A DNA stretch of 56,260 bases from Candidatus Woesearchaeota archaeon CG10_big_fil_rev_8_21_14_0_10_32_9 (lineage in GTDB: Archaea; Nanobdellota; Nanobdellia; Woesearchaeales; 21-14-0-10-32-9): the NCBI GenBank assembly GCA_002762915.1, contig PCYF01000001.1:1-56260 (forward strand), given 5' to 3'. A program made the position numbers and the translations under genes. Shown piece by piece: positions 37,745 through 47,016 of this stretch. A model generated the notes under the pieces. The model was not told the origin of the DNA and did no database searches. It saw only the letters and a list, made by a program, of their open reading frames with translations. The stretch's first letter is position 1, and every line of letters begins with the position of its first letter.

Positions 37745-38590
37745 TTATTTTTTTGGCTTTTGAAGTATTATCCATAAAGCTCCAGCGCCACCGCGTTTCC
37801 AAAGTTTAGCACCATTCCTCTCCATAAAATCGTGCATCTTTTTACTTTTTCTCAAGTGTCTATCAATGATAGAATGCGGGAAGTGGTAATTCAAATATTG
37901 AAATTTCTTTATATTAAATTTGGTTTGTTTAATCTTTTTCTTTATTTCCACATCTTTATAGAAATGAACGTGGTCGGTAATATACAAAATATATGGTTCA
38001 AACACATAGTTTCTAAGTTTACAAATAGCAGTTCCTTCTTGAGGGATGCCTATGAGTGCATATCCTCCTGGAGCCAAATATGAATACATTTTCTTAAGAA
38101 GACCAACATCGTCAGGTACGTGTTCTAAAACATGATTGAGAAGCAAAATATCAACAGAATTTTCTTTTATCACTTCTTTATTTGCATCTGCAAGAAAAAT
38201 AGTTGCTTCTGGAACTAAAGCTTTAGCTCTTGATAATCTTAATGCATTATAATCGCAGCCATAAATATCTACATTTAAGTTAAGATCTTTAACCTCTTTT
38301 AAATTTACACCATCTCCACAACCAATATCTAAAAATTTTACTCTTTTTTTATTAATTGACTTGACAAGAGCAGTCATATCTTTTTGGAAAATAGCAGTTC
38401 TTAGATTTTGTTGATGTAAATATATATTTCTTACTTCTTTTTGTGTTACAACATACCAATTAGGTCTTTGTTTTTGAAGTTTTTTTACTTCTTCATTCTC
38501 GTTTATTGTAATTATGCCCTTTGTTACTGGAAATTCTCTTTTGTTTCCAAGAGGAATCAATATGTCTGTTTTTTGATGAGTTTTATTCAT
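37745..38590 (-). CDS. Class I SAM-dependent methyltransferase
   Basis: FLDIGCGDG, NHVLEHVPDD, DHVHFY; start placed at MNKTHQ (38590). Confidence 0.87.
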   Translation of the reverse strand: MNKTHQKTDILIPLGNKREFPVTKGIITINENEEVKKLQKQRPNWYVVTQKEVRNIYLHQQNLRTAIFQKDMTALVKSINKKRVKFLDIGCGDGVNLKEVKDLNLNVDIYGCDYNALRLSRAKALVPEATIFLADANKEVIKENSVDILLLNHVLEHVPDDVGLLKKMYSYLAPGGYALIGIPQEGTAICKLRNYVFEPYILYITDHVHFYKDVEIKKKIKQTKFNIKKFQYLNYHFPHSIIDRHLRKSKKMHDFMERNGAKLWKRGGAGALWIILQKPKK

Positions 38591-38591
38591 C

Positions 38592-39734
38592 TTATTTGTG
38601 CTCCAACAGAGTTTTATAAACTTTTCTCTCTTTTTCTTCCATTTTTTCTCCATTGACTTTTTCAATAGCGGTTAAACTTTTTTGTGAATATTTTTTTACA
38701 AGTAAAGGATTTTCTTTAAATTTTAATATTGCCTCTCTGAATGATTGTTCATCAAAATTTACAAGGTACATGAAATTAAACAAAAAGTCTTTGTTTTCGT
38801 CAGAATAAGGTTTTCTGTGAATAATGGGTAAACCACAGCTCATGGCCTCTAGGACGGGAATGGCTATTTCTTGAATATAGGTTCCACTTACAAAACAATC
38901 TGCTTGTGAATAGTATTTAGGTAAATCTTCATTGGGCACTGCTTCTATAAATGTTATTTTGTTATCTAAATTCTTTTTATGTACATATTCTATCAAATTT
39001 GCACGATTGTTACCTTTTCCTATGAATATTAATTTTACATCCAAAGGTTCCACCACATCTATGAGAAATTTCTGATTTTTTACTTTAAAGAAATTGCCAA
39101 CATACAATAATGTAAACTTTTCATTTCTTTTTTCTGTTTTGATTTGTTTAAAAAAAACTTTATTATAGATTAAATGTTGGTGTTTTTTATTTATATTAAA
39201 CGCCGCAGTAGTTCCAAATGCTTGTTTATATACATATATGAATTCATTAGTTTGTTTTACTATTTTTTTTAAAAATAAAAAAATAAACAACCACTGGAGA
39301 CATCCCCTAAAAAAATCCTCTTTTAGCATAACTAAATATTTGTGATGAGTATAATTTCCGTGAATAGAAATGATCAGAGAAATATTTAGTTTTTTAGATA
39401 CAAATGTTGCAAGATAACATTCATGGAATATTCCTTGGGCTCTTATGCACGAGGGATTTATTTTTTTAACTTCTGCCAATATTTTATTTCTAATAAAAAA
39501 TATGTCTAGTTTGCTAGTTGATTTAAAGAAATGTATTACTAACTTTTTATCTCCTGCAAGGCACGCAGCTCTTCTCTTCTCCATTAAAGTAAGTTTTCTA
39601 GGTGAGAGATCTATTATATGTATTTCATCAAAATAATTTCCAGGATTGAAATATCTGTTCTTTATTTCCCCTTTTTTTAAATAGCTGAGAAGGGGATCTG
39701 TTGGAAAGACAACCAATTTTTTTACAAAAGTCAT
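38592..39734 (-). CDS. GT4 family glycosyltransferase
   Basis: YVGNFFKVKN and the E-x7-E motif EIAIPVLEAMSCGLP. Confidence 0.88.
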   Translation of the reverse strand: MTFVKKLVVFPTDPLLSYLKKGEIKNRYFNPGNYFDEIHIIDLSPRKLTLMEKRRAACLAGDKKLVIHFFKSTSKLDIFFIRNKILAEVKKINPSCIRAQGIFHECYLATFVSKKLNISLIISIHGNYTHHKYLVMLKEDFFRGCLQWLFIFLFLKKIVKQTNEFIYVYKQAFGTTAAFNINKKHQHLIYNKVFFKQIKTEKRNEKFTLLYVGNFFKVKNQKFLIDVVEPLDVKLIFIGKGNNRANLIEYVHKKNLDNKITFIEAVPNEDLPKYYSQADCFVSGTYIQEIAIPVLEAMSCGLPIIHRKPYSDENKDFLFNFMYLVNFDEQSFREAILKFKENPLLVKKYSQKSLTAIEKVNGEKMEEKERKVYKTLLEHK

Positions 39735-40579
39735 TTTAATAATCTCGTCAATTGTTGATATGTAACTGTGTTTAATTTATATTTTTTAAGCAGGATTAAC
39801 ATTTTTTCGTAATTAAATTTTTTTAGGTCTTGAGGATCTTGATATATGTTGATAAAAGAATTTTTATTAGATTTTAACAACTGTTCAAAAGATTTTATGT
39901 ATTCTTTCGATGTATGACTAACTATTTTTGCTCTAAATGCGTGAGATGTATCAAAAATACAGAAAGGATGATCTTGACAGCAAGTAATTGGAAATTCCCA
40001 AATGTTGTCGTGTTTATAGGGAAATCCTGCAGTTTTAGTTCGTATGGCTACTGTTGAAGAAGAATAAGAATAATTTAATTTTTTTAACAGAGGATATATT
40101 TCCTCAGTAAATTGATATCCAAAATGAGGAACTCTAAATCCTGTCATTTCATAATTTAGAATCTTTTTAACTACTCTGTGACATTTTTCTATTTCTAAAA
40201 ATTTCTCTTCATTTGGTAAGGTATGAAAATGCTTATTAGGATTAAATTCAGGATTGTCTGGGTGACTGTAGGTGTGGTTAATCAGCTCGTGACCATTATT
40301 TATTATTTGTTGATATATTTCAGGATGTTGTTCTACATGTTTTCCTATTATTGCAAATATTGCTTTTATTTTGTATTTGTTTAAAAGGTCGAGTAACCAG
40401 GGTAAATTTTTTATATCTTTTTGTTCATCAATATCAAAAGACAACATAAAATAATTTTCTTTTTTATTTTTGATCCAAGATTTTCTATTTGTTTCTATTT
40501 TAGGCGCGACAAATGTAGTATAATATCTTTTTCCAAGTATTGAGTTAACAAAAACTTCAAATAGACTATTTGTTTTCAT
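39731..40579 (-). CDS. Polysaccharide deacetylase (CE4/NodB)
   Basis: LSFDID, GHELINHTYSH, GFRVP. Confidence 0.88.
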   Translation of the reverse strand: MKTNSLFEVFVNSILGKRYYTTFVAPKIETNRKSWIKNKKENYFMLSFDIDEQKDIKNLPWLLDLLNKYKIKAIFAIIGKHVEQHPEIYQQIINNGHELINHTYSHPDNPEFNPNKHFHTLPNEEKFLEIEKCHRVVKKILNYEMTGFRVPHFGYQFTEEIYPLLKKLNYSYSSSTVAIRTKTAGFPYKHDNIWEFPITCCQDHPFCIFDTSHAFRAKIVSHTSKEYIKSFEQLLKSNKNSFINIYQDPQDLKKFNYEKMLILLKKYKLNTVTYQQLTRLLK

Positions 40580-40695
40580 TTTATTATATTTCTTCTACGA
40601 TTTTTAAATATCTTTCTCCTATTTTGTCAGTTACAATTCTTTAACTAAATTGTTTTCTATTGATTAGCATACTCTGTAATTAATCTGCTTTTTTA

Positions 40696-41931
40696 TTAAA
40701 CATCTTTTCCATTACCTAATGTGTGTTGATGTTTAGAAATTATTTTCATATTTCTAGTATTCAGTACGTGTTTGTTGGTTAAATCTAAATTAATGTATTC
40801 GTCGTGATCCGTTATTATTAATATAACATTAGATTCATTAATTACAGTTTTTAATGTAGTTAATGCGTGACTAAATTTTTCAACAAATGGGTCTGTTATT
40901 AAAACTTTAAATCCATGCTCAAGGCATAAATTTATTATTGGTTCTGCGGGAGAAAGCCTGACATCATCGACATTTTTTTTATATGCTATTCCTAAGATTC
41001 CTATGGCAGGGTTTTGTATGTTGTTAGTTTTTATAATTTCCAAAGTTTTATCAAACACTATTTTTGGCATAGAGTCATTTATTTCTCTGGCTGCACGTAT
41101 TAGCTTTCCATATTTTTGTTCTATTAAGAACCACGGATCTATTGCGATACAATGTCCCCCCACACCGGGCCCTGGTAAATGCACGTTGACTCTGGGATGT
41201 TTATTTGCCAAATTTATTGTTTCCCAGACATTTATTTTAAGCGCTTCACATATTAATGCAAGTTCATTTGCAAAAGCAATGTTTACATCTCTATATGCAT
41301 TTTCAATTAGTTTTGTTGTTTCAGCAGTGGTACAATCTGTTAAATGAATATTTCCTTTTACAAATAACGAGTATAATTCTGCTGCTCGTTTTTTACTGGG
41401 TTCATTGATGCCTCCAATTATTCGGTCGTTATTAATCATTTCATATATTGTGTTTCCGGGAATTGCTTTTTCAGAGATGTATGCTAGATCAAAATCTTGT
41501 CCTGCTTTGAGATTTGATTGTTCAAGCAATTTTTTTACAATTCCAGTAGTTGTTCCTGGACTAACTGTTGATTCTAAAATTACAAGATCTCCTTTTTTTA
41601 AAATCTTAGAAATATCCATCAGGGCAGAAGTTACATATTTTAAGTCGCATTTTTTTGAATCTGTAAATGGTGTAGGAACACAGACAATATATGTAGTAAT
41701 TTCTCGCGTGTTCTCTTTTGTAAATATGTTTGTAGTTGGCAAATTTCTTTTACACTCGTCAAATAATTCAGACAATCCCTTTTCCTGAAAAGGTAATTTT
41801 CCATCGCTAATAATTTTTAATTTATTATTATCTACATCTTTACCTAAAACGTGTATTCCTGCTCTAGCAATAAGCAAAGCAGTAGGTATACCCATGTATC
41901 CTAAACCAACCACACACACTTGTTCCTTCAT
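40696..41931 (-). CDS. wecC: UDP-N-acetyl-D-mannosamine dehydrogenase-like nucleotide-sugar dehydrogenase
   Basis: GLGYMG, CVPTP, ESTVSPGTT, KLIENAYRDVNIAFANE, PGPGVGGHC; adjacent to wecB. Confidence 0.88.
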   Translation of the reverse strand: MKEQVCVVGLGYMGIPTALLIARAGIHVLGKDVDNNKLKIISDGKLPFQEKGLSELFDECKRNLPTTNIFTKENTREITTYIVCVPTPFTDSKKCDLKYVTSALMDISKILKKGDLVILESTVSPGTTTGIVKKLLEQSNLKAGQDFDLAYISEKAIPGNTIYEMINNDRIIGGINEPSKKRAAELYSLFVKGNIHLTDCTTAETTKLIENAYRDVNIAFANELALICEALKINVWETINLANKHPRVNVHLPGPGVGGHCIAIDPWFLIEQKYGKLIRAAREINDSMPKIVFDKTLEIIKTNNIQNPAIGILGIAYKKNVDDVRLSPAEPIINLCLEHGFKVLITDPFVEKFSHALTTLKTVINESNVILIITDHDEYINLDLTNKHVLNTRNMKIISKHQHTLGNGKDV

Positions 41932-41945
41932 AAGTTCGCCTGATT

Positions 41946-43118
41946 TTATTTAATTGGAGAATAATAGTTTATGTTTTTTATTATCATTCTCTTTATCCAT
42001 TTTAATCTTTCTTTCAAAGATTTTCTTTTTTTAATTAACTTTACTATTTCTTCAATGATTATTTCTCCCGAGTGTCCGTCTCCAAACACATCTTTCCACT
42101 CTATTTTTGCGTTCAGCATGAGTTCTGTTTGTTGTACTATTTTATCAGGATTTGTTCCTGCAAGCACATTCATCTTTGCGGTTATTGTTTCAGGTCTTTC
42201 AGTATTCTCTCTTAATGTGACAACAGGAACTCTTAAAATACTGCACTCCTCTTGTAATCCGCCTGAATCTGTGAGAACTATTGCCGCATTTTTTTCTAAT
42301 TGTAAAAATTCTAAGAATCCTAAAGGATCAACCACTTTGACAACTGAAGGAATAGTTAAGTTGTATTCTTCTATTTTCTTTTTAGTTCTTGGATGTAAAG
42401 AGAATACAAATTTATATTTAGGATACTTGATCGTTAATTTTTCTATGCCTTTTAATATTCCTTCGAGTCTTTCTTTGACATCTGTATTTTCTGCACGGTG
42501 TGCAGTAATTAAGAAATATTTCTTAGATACTAAATTAAACTTTTTTAAAACATCAACTTTCTTGTTTGCAAGTTCGATATTTTCTTTTACTGCATCCACT
42601 ATTGTGTTTCCGGTTTTTAAGTAATATTGCGCATTTAATCCTTCGAATTTAATATTCTCTAAAGCATCATTTGTTGGACAAAATAAGTATTCAGATATGT
42701 GGTCCGTTAATATTCTGTTTATTTCTTCAGGCATACTTAAATCATGACTTCTCAGACCAGCTTCATGGTGTGCAACAGGTATATCCCATTTTTTAGCAGC
42801 AAGAGCAGCCATCAAAACAGTTAGTGTGTCTCCTTGAACTATAACTACATCCGGTTGCTCTTTTTTGAAAATTTTATTCATTCCCTTCATCATTAAACCT
42901 ACATGTTTTCTAAATGATTGAGAACCTACATGTAGGTTGTAATCGGGTTTAGGCAATTCTAACTCTTCAAAAAAGATTGAGTCCATATTTTTGTCGTAGT
43001 GTTGTCCGCTGTGCAATATGAAAAAGTTTATTTTCTTTTTTTGGCAGGCACGAATTATGGGTGCCATTTTTACAATTTCGGGTCTAGTTCCAACAACTAT
43101 TGCAAATTTAAGAGTCAT
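41946..43118 (-). CDS. wecB: UDP-N-acetylglucosamine 2-epimerase (non-hydrolysing)
   Basis: GTRPEIVK, GQHYD, QGDT, EAGLRS, PEEINR, TDSGGLQEE, TERPE. Confidence 0.95.
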   Translation of the reverse strand: MTLKFAIVVGTRPEIVKMAPIIRACQKKKINFFILHSGQHYDKNMDSIFFEELELPKPDYNLHVGSQSFRKHVGLMMKGMNKIFKKEQPDVVIVQGDTLTVLMAALAAKKWDIPVAHHEAGLRSHDLSMPEEINRILTDHISEYLFCPTNDALENIKFEGLNAQYYLKTGNTIVDAVKENIELANKKVDVLKKFNLVSKKYFLITAHRAENTDVKERLEGILKGIEKLTIKYPKYKFVFSLHPRTKKKIEEYNLTIPSVVKVVDPLGFLEFLQLEKNAAIVLTDSGGLQEECSILRVPVVTLRENTERPETITAKMNVLAGTNPDKIVQQTELMLNAKIEWKDVFGDGHSGEIIIEEIVKLIKKRKSLKERLKWIKRMIIKNINYYSPIK

Positions 43119-44233
43119 AATAATTCACCAATGAGTATTTGATATTGTTTTTCTAAAAGTTCCCAATTATACTTTTGTACAACAAGTTCTTTTCCTTTTT
43201 TTGCCAGTTTTTCTCTTAATGTTTTATTCTTTTTTAAAAAAATTGCTTTTTCCGCTAAGTCTTTTGCATCTTTGAAGAAAATGAGTTCCTTTTTAAATTG
43301 TTTCAATTCGTATGTTTCTGTTGATAAAACTGCATTATTTGAGAGCCAGTATTCAAAAAGTTTCAAAGGTGATACGCTGTTAGTTATTTTATTAATTTTA
43401 AAAGGTATAATTGCTATATGAAATTTGTGCATATTTTTTAAGGCTTCTTCATGATTCATATATTCTTTGAGTTCAATATTTTGTATATTTTCTTCGGTAA
43501 TTCTTTTCGTGAGCAGAGTGTGTCCCTGACCCGGCCCTATTATTTTTATCTTTATGGATTTATCTTTTTTTTGAATAATTTTTGCTGCATCAGCAATCAT
43601 GTCTGCGTCCACCCAAGATCCCAAGGTGCCTACAAAACCTATTGTGAACTGCTTTTCTTTTTGCTCTCTTATTAATTTAAATTTTGTAAGGTTTGTCGCA
43701 TTAGGTATATATTTTGTCTTTTTGTTTTTAGTTTTTGCTTTTTCTTCAAGCAGCCGAGCAGTGCATATTACTAAGTTAGCATTTTTTAAAAAGATTTTAA
43801 GAGTCCAGTGTAAGTACTGCTTAAAAAATGAGTTGGGCGTCAAATCTTCATATTCATCAACATACATAAACACTATTTTCTTTTTAAAAAGTTTTGATAG
43901 ATATAGCAGTGCAACATCATATGTATTGTATGTAATAAATATTTGAAATTTATTTCTGTATTGAATAAATTTTTTTATGGTATAATATTGAGTATACAAC
44001 AAATATATTAAATTAAATTTTTTAAATTTTTTATTAGTTGTTATTAACTGTACTCCTTTGGGGACTTTGTGCTTAGTCTTATAAGTAAGATGTTCATGTC
44101 CTCTTTCTTTATTTTCAGGCACTTCCAGATAGTATACTTCATATTTTTGTCCTAATGCTTTTGCAATCTCGTGGCTATGAGACCATATGTTATTCCATAT
44201 TAAAGAAGAGTATTCTAATATTCCTTTAGTCAT
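43115..44233 (-). CDS. GT4-like glycosyltransferase
   Basis: IPNA, GFVGTL, SPLKLFEY. Confidence 0.85.
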   Translation of the reverse strand: MTKGILEYSSLIWNNIWSHSHEIAKALGQKYEVYYLEVPENKERGHEHLTYKTKHKVPKGVQLITTNKKFKKFNLIYLLYTQYYTIKKFIQYRNKFQIFITYNTYDVALLYLSKLFKKKIVFMYVDEYEDLTPNSFFKQYLHWTLKIFLKNANLVICTARLLEEKAKTKNKKTKYIPNATNLTKFKLIREQKEKQFTIGFVGTLGSWVDADMIADAAKIIQKKDKSIKIKIIGPGQGHTLLTKRITEENIQNIELKEYMNHEEALKNMHKFHIAIIPFKINKITNSVSPLKLFEYWLSNNAVLSTETYELKQFKKELIFFKDAKDLAEKAIFLKKNKTLREKLAKKGKELVVQKYNWELLEKQYQILIGELL

Positions 44234-45315
44234 AATAGTTCCTCAAACAAGTTAGCATTTATTTCTTGATCAAATTTGTTTAAATTTACCTTTTTTTGTT
44301 TTTCTTTTAATACTTTAATTATTGTTTTTTTTAATTCTTTAACGTCTTTAGGTTTAATTAAATTCTTTTGTATAATTTCTCTTGTTCCGCCTACATCTGT
44401 TGCAATGATTGGTACGCCAATTGCTGCAGCTTCTAGAACGCTGGTTGGCAGTCCTTCTGAGTACGATGGATTCACGAATAAGTCTGAGATGCTTAAGTAT
44501 TCTATTACTTGTTGTTTGTCTAGTTCTCCTGTGAATATTATTTTCTGGTTAGTTTCTTTAGCGAGTTGTTCTAGTTTTTGTCTGTACGGTCCTTCTCCTA
44601 TTATTATGAGTTGTACAGATTTCATTTCTGTTGTTGCTTGTATCAGATCTTGTATTCCTTTTGCATATATTAGTCTTCCAACATAAGTTATTATTTTAGT
44701 TTTTGGAGAAATATTTAGTCTTTGTTGAAGGTTTGTTTTGACTTTTTTGTATTCTGATAAATTTATTGAGTTATATATCAATTTTGTTTTTTTTGCACCC
44801 ATTTTTTTTGCAAAAGAGACGCACTGTTTTGATATTCCAACAACAATATTAGCATTGCTGAACACAGCTCGTCCGAGAGTCTGATCGTATATCCAAGCAA
44901 GAACTGTAACTAAAGGATTTTTATGTATTACGTGTTTGTTTCCGTGTTCTGTGTGTATGTATTTGCAATTTATTTTTTTAGCAAGTAACATTCCCAAAAA
45001 GCTTATTGTGAAGAATCTTGTGTTTGTTATAACAACATCATATTTTGTCTCGAGTATTTTAGAAATTATTTTTTCATATTCTGTATTGAATATTTTCGGA
45101 ATAGAATATGTTTCTCCGAGAATTTCCCAGCAAGGCAATCTTATTATGTTTAATCCATAATAGTTTTCATATGAAGCTAAATTTTTATGATTGTATGTTA
45201 AAACATCCACTTCGTATTCATTCTGATTTAGACCTTTTGCTAAATTTAGAACGTAATTTTCTAGACCGCCTTTGTATGGATAGAAATGGTTAGAAATTAG
45301 AAGGATTTTCTTCAT
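44230..45315 (-). CDS. GT4 family glycosyltransferase
   Basis: GGLE, VGRLIYAKG, EGLPTSVLEA, TDVGG. Confidence 0.92.
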   Translation of the reverse strand: MKKILLISNHFYPYKGGLENYVLNLAKGLNQNEYEVDVLTYNHKNLASYENYYGLNIIRLPCWEILGETYSIPKIFNTEYEKIISKILETKYDVVITNTRFFTISFLGMLLAKKINCKYIHTEHGNKHVIHKNPLVTVLAWIYDQTLGRAVFSNANIVVGISKQCVSFAKKMGAKKTKLIYNSINLSEYKKVKTNLQQRLNISPKTKIITYVGRLIYAKGIQDLIQATTEMKSVQLIIIGEGPYRQKLEQLAKETNQKIIFTGELDKQQVIEYLSISDLFVNPSYSEGLPTSVLEAAAIGVPIIATDVGGTREIIQKNLIKPKDVKELKKTIIKVLKEKQKKVNLNKFDQEINANLFEELL

Positions 45316-45653
45316 TTTTTCTTTTTCTCTTGTTCTTGGAAGCTAAGCTTTCTGACTAGTTCTTCCATTTTTGTATTGACTCTTTTAATAATATTGTACA
45401 TGTAAAATATAATTATAAGGAAGAAGGTGAATCCAGACATTACTATAAAGTCAGCCGTTCTTTCTATTTGTAATGTTTGCATCAATCCATAAACTGTTTC
45501 AGGTATTGATATTATTAGAAGTATTCCTAACCAGAGGGCCATCCACACAATTAAACTGTATAGTCCGTAGTTTTTACGTTTGTAATACACGAATGTAAAA
45601 TACATCATGACTATTGCAAATACTATTCCTACTATTTGTACTCCAGGTATCAT
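45312..45653 (-). CDS. DUF2304-like small membrane protein
   Basis: Three TMs, IERTADF, C-terminal ELVRKL; directly downstream of a GT2, the typical context for this family. Confidence 0.75.
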   Translation of the reverse strand: MIPGVQIVGIVFAIVMMYFTFVYYKRKNYGLYSLIVWMALWLGILLIISIPETVYGLMQTLQIERTADFIVMSGFTFFLIIIFYMYNIIKRVNTKMEELVRKLSFQEQEKKKK

Positions 45654-46309
45654 TTTGTAAACATCTTGAATTTGATTATATTTAAAAATATTTTTACTCC
45701 ATCCATTACTGTGGTGCCTTTAAAGTTATCATTATAAATTGTTGTTATAGGAACCTCTGCGTATTTTAATTTGTGTTTCGCGACATTGGAAATCATTTCT
45801 GACTCCATGCTGTAATCGTTTGATGTCCAGCGTATTTTTTTGTAGGCAGAGGCTGTAAAGCATCTGAACCCTGATTGTGTATCTCTTAAGTTAATTCCGT
45901 TAATCAAGGAAGAAGCGGTATTTATGTACCAATTTCCAAAACGCATAATTGGAGGCATGTTTTTATTTAATGGTCTATATCCAAACACTATGTCTTTTCC
46001 TTTTAGTTTAGAAATTAATTTTTTTATTTCTTCAGGTTTGTGTTGTCCATCAGCATCAAGCAGTACCAGAACGTCAGCTCCCAGTTCACAGCAGTAGTCG
46101 CATCCTGTTTTTACTGCGGCGCCTTTTCCTAGATTTACTACGTGTTTTAATACGGTTGCGCCAGCTTTCTCCGCGAGAAGAGATGATTTATCTGTGCTTC
46201 CATCGTCTACAAATATTATGTTTTCAAATCCTTCTTTTTTCACTTTAGCGATTACTGAAGAGATGTGTTTTTCTTCGTTCAGTCCTGGAATTATTATGTG
46301 TGTTTTCAT
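45650..46309 (-). CDS. GT2 polyprenol-phosphate glycosyltransferase (DPM1-like)
   Basis: IPGLNEE, VDDGSTD, NLGKG, DADGQH, DTQSGFR. Confidence 0.92.
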   Translation of the reverse strand: MKTHIIIPGLNEEKHISSVIAKVKKEGFENIIFVDDGSTDKSSLLAEKAGATVLKHVVNLGKGAAVKTGCDYCCELGADVLVLLDADGQHKPEEIKKLISKLKGKDIVFGYRPLNKNMPPIMRFGNWYINTASSLINGINLRDTQSGFRCFTASAYKKIRWTSNDYSMESEMISNVAKHKLKYAEVPITTIYNDNFKGTTVMDGVKIFLNIIKFKMFTK

Positions 46310-46659
46310 AGTCTTAAATTAATAATTATATTTCCTAATATTATAAGTATTATTGAAAGCCATTTGTATTTGTTCATTTTTTCGTTTAGCAACCATACAG
46401 AAATTGCGATTGTAAAAATGTAGGTCATTGAAGTCATAGGATATAATAAACTTAGATCAACAGTTTTTAGTAGCCAAATGAATGCAACAACTGCTATAAA
46501 ATATAATAAGAATCCTGGAATTAAATACGGATTAAATAAATAAGAAATTTTGAACTTCAGTTCTTTTGATGCTTTTTTTAGTAGTAGTGCTCCAAACGCG
46601 CCGAGTATTGAACTTACAATCATTATTAAAATTACGATGAGGTTATTCACTGTTTGCAA
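46306..46659 (-). CDS. Small DMT/EamA (ArnE/ArnF-like) membrane protein
   Basis: Four TMs, LSLLYPMTS, LLNEK; start may be GTG at 46650. Confidence 0.8.
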   Translation of the reverse strand: MQTVNNLIVILIMIVSSILGAFGALLLKKASKELKFKISYLFNPYLIPGFLLYFIAVVAFIWLLKTVDLSLLYPMTSMTYIFTIAISVWLLNEKMNKYKWLSIILIILGNIIINLRL

Positions 46660-47011
46660 CCCCCATTATTGCTACTCCTCCAATTATCAGCAATATTCCT
46701 AGGATTTCAGTAATTAACAATGCTTCAGCAAATAGTGTTACTGATGCGATTGTTACCCAAACGTAACTCAGAGCGATTATTGGATAAAGTGTGCTTAATT
46801 CTCCTCGTTTAAGACCCATCAAAAGAGCTATTGCGCTTAAACCGTAAAAAAAGAATCCTAGAATCAAGTAATAATTAGTTATTAATGCAAAAAAATCGAA
46901 TTCAAATGTTTTTGCTGCATACTTAAAAAATATTTGTCCGAGCGAGGTAAAAAAAGTTGTGAGAATAACAAGGTAGATTGCTATTCTCTGGGTTTTGTGC
47001 TTTTTATTCAT
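46643..47011 (-). CDS. Small DMT/EamA (ArnE/ArnF-like) membrane protein
   Basis: GQIFFK, GELSTLYPI, FAE, GILLIIGG. Confidence 0.8.
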   Translation of the reverse strand: MNKKHKTQRIAIYLVILTTFFTSLGQIFFKYAAKTFEFDFFALITNYYLILGFFFYGLSAIALLMGLKRGELSTLYPIIALSYVWVTIASVTLFAEALLITEILGILLIIGGVAIMGVANSE

Positions 47012-47016
47012 CTTCT

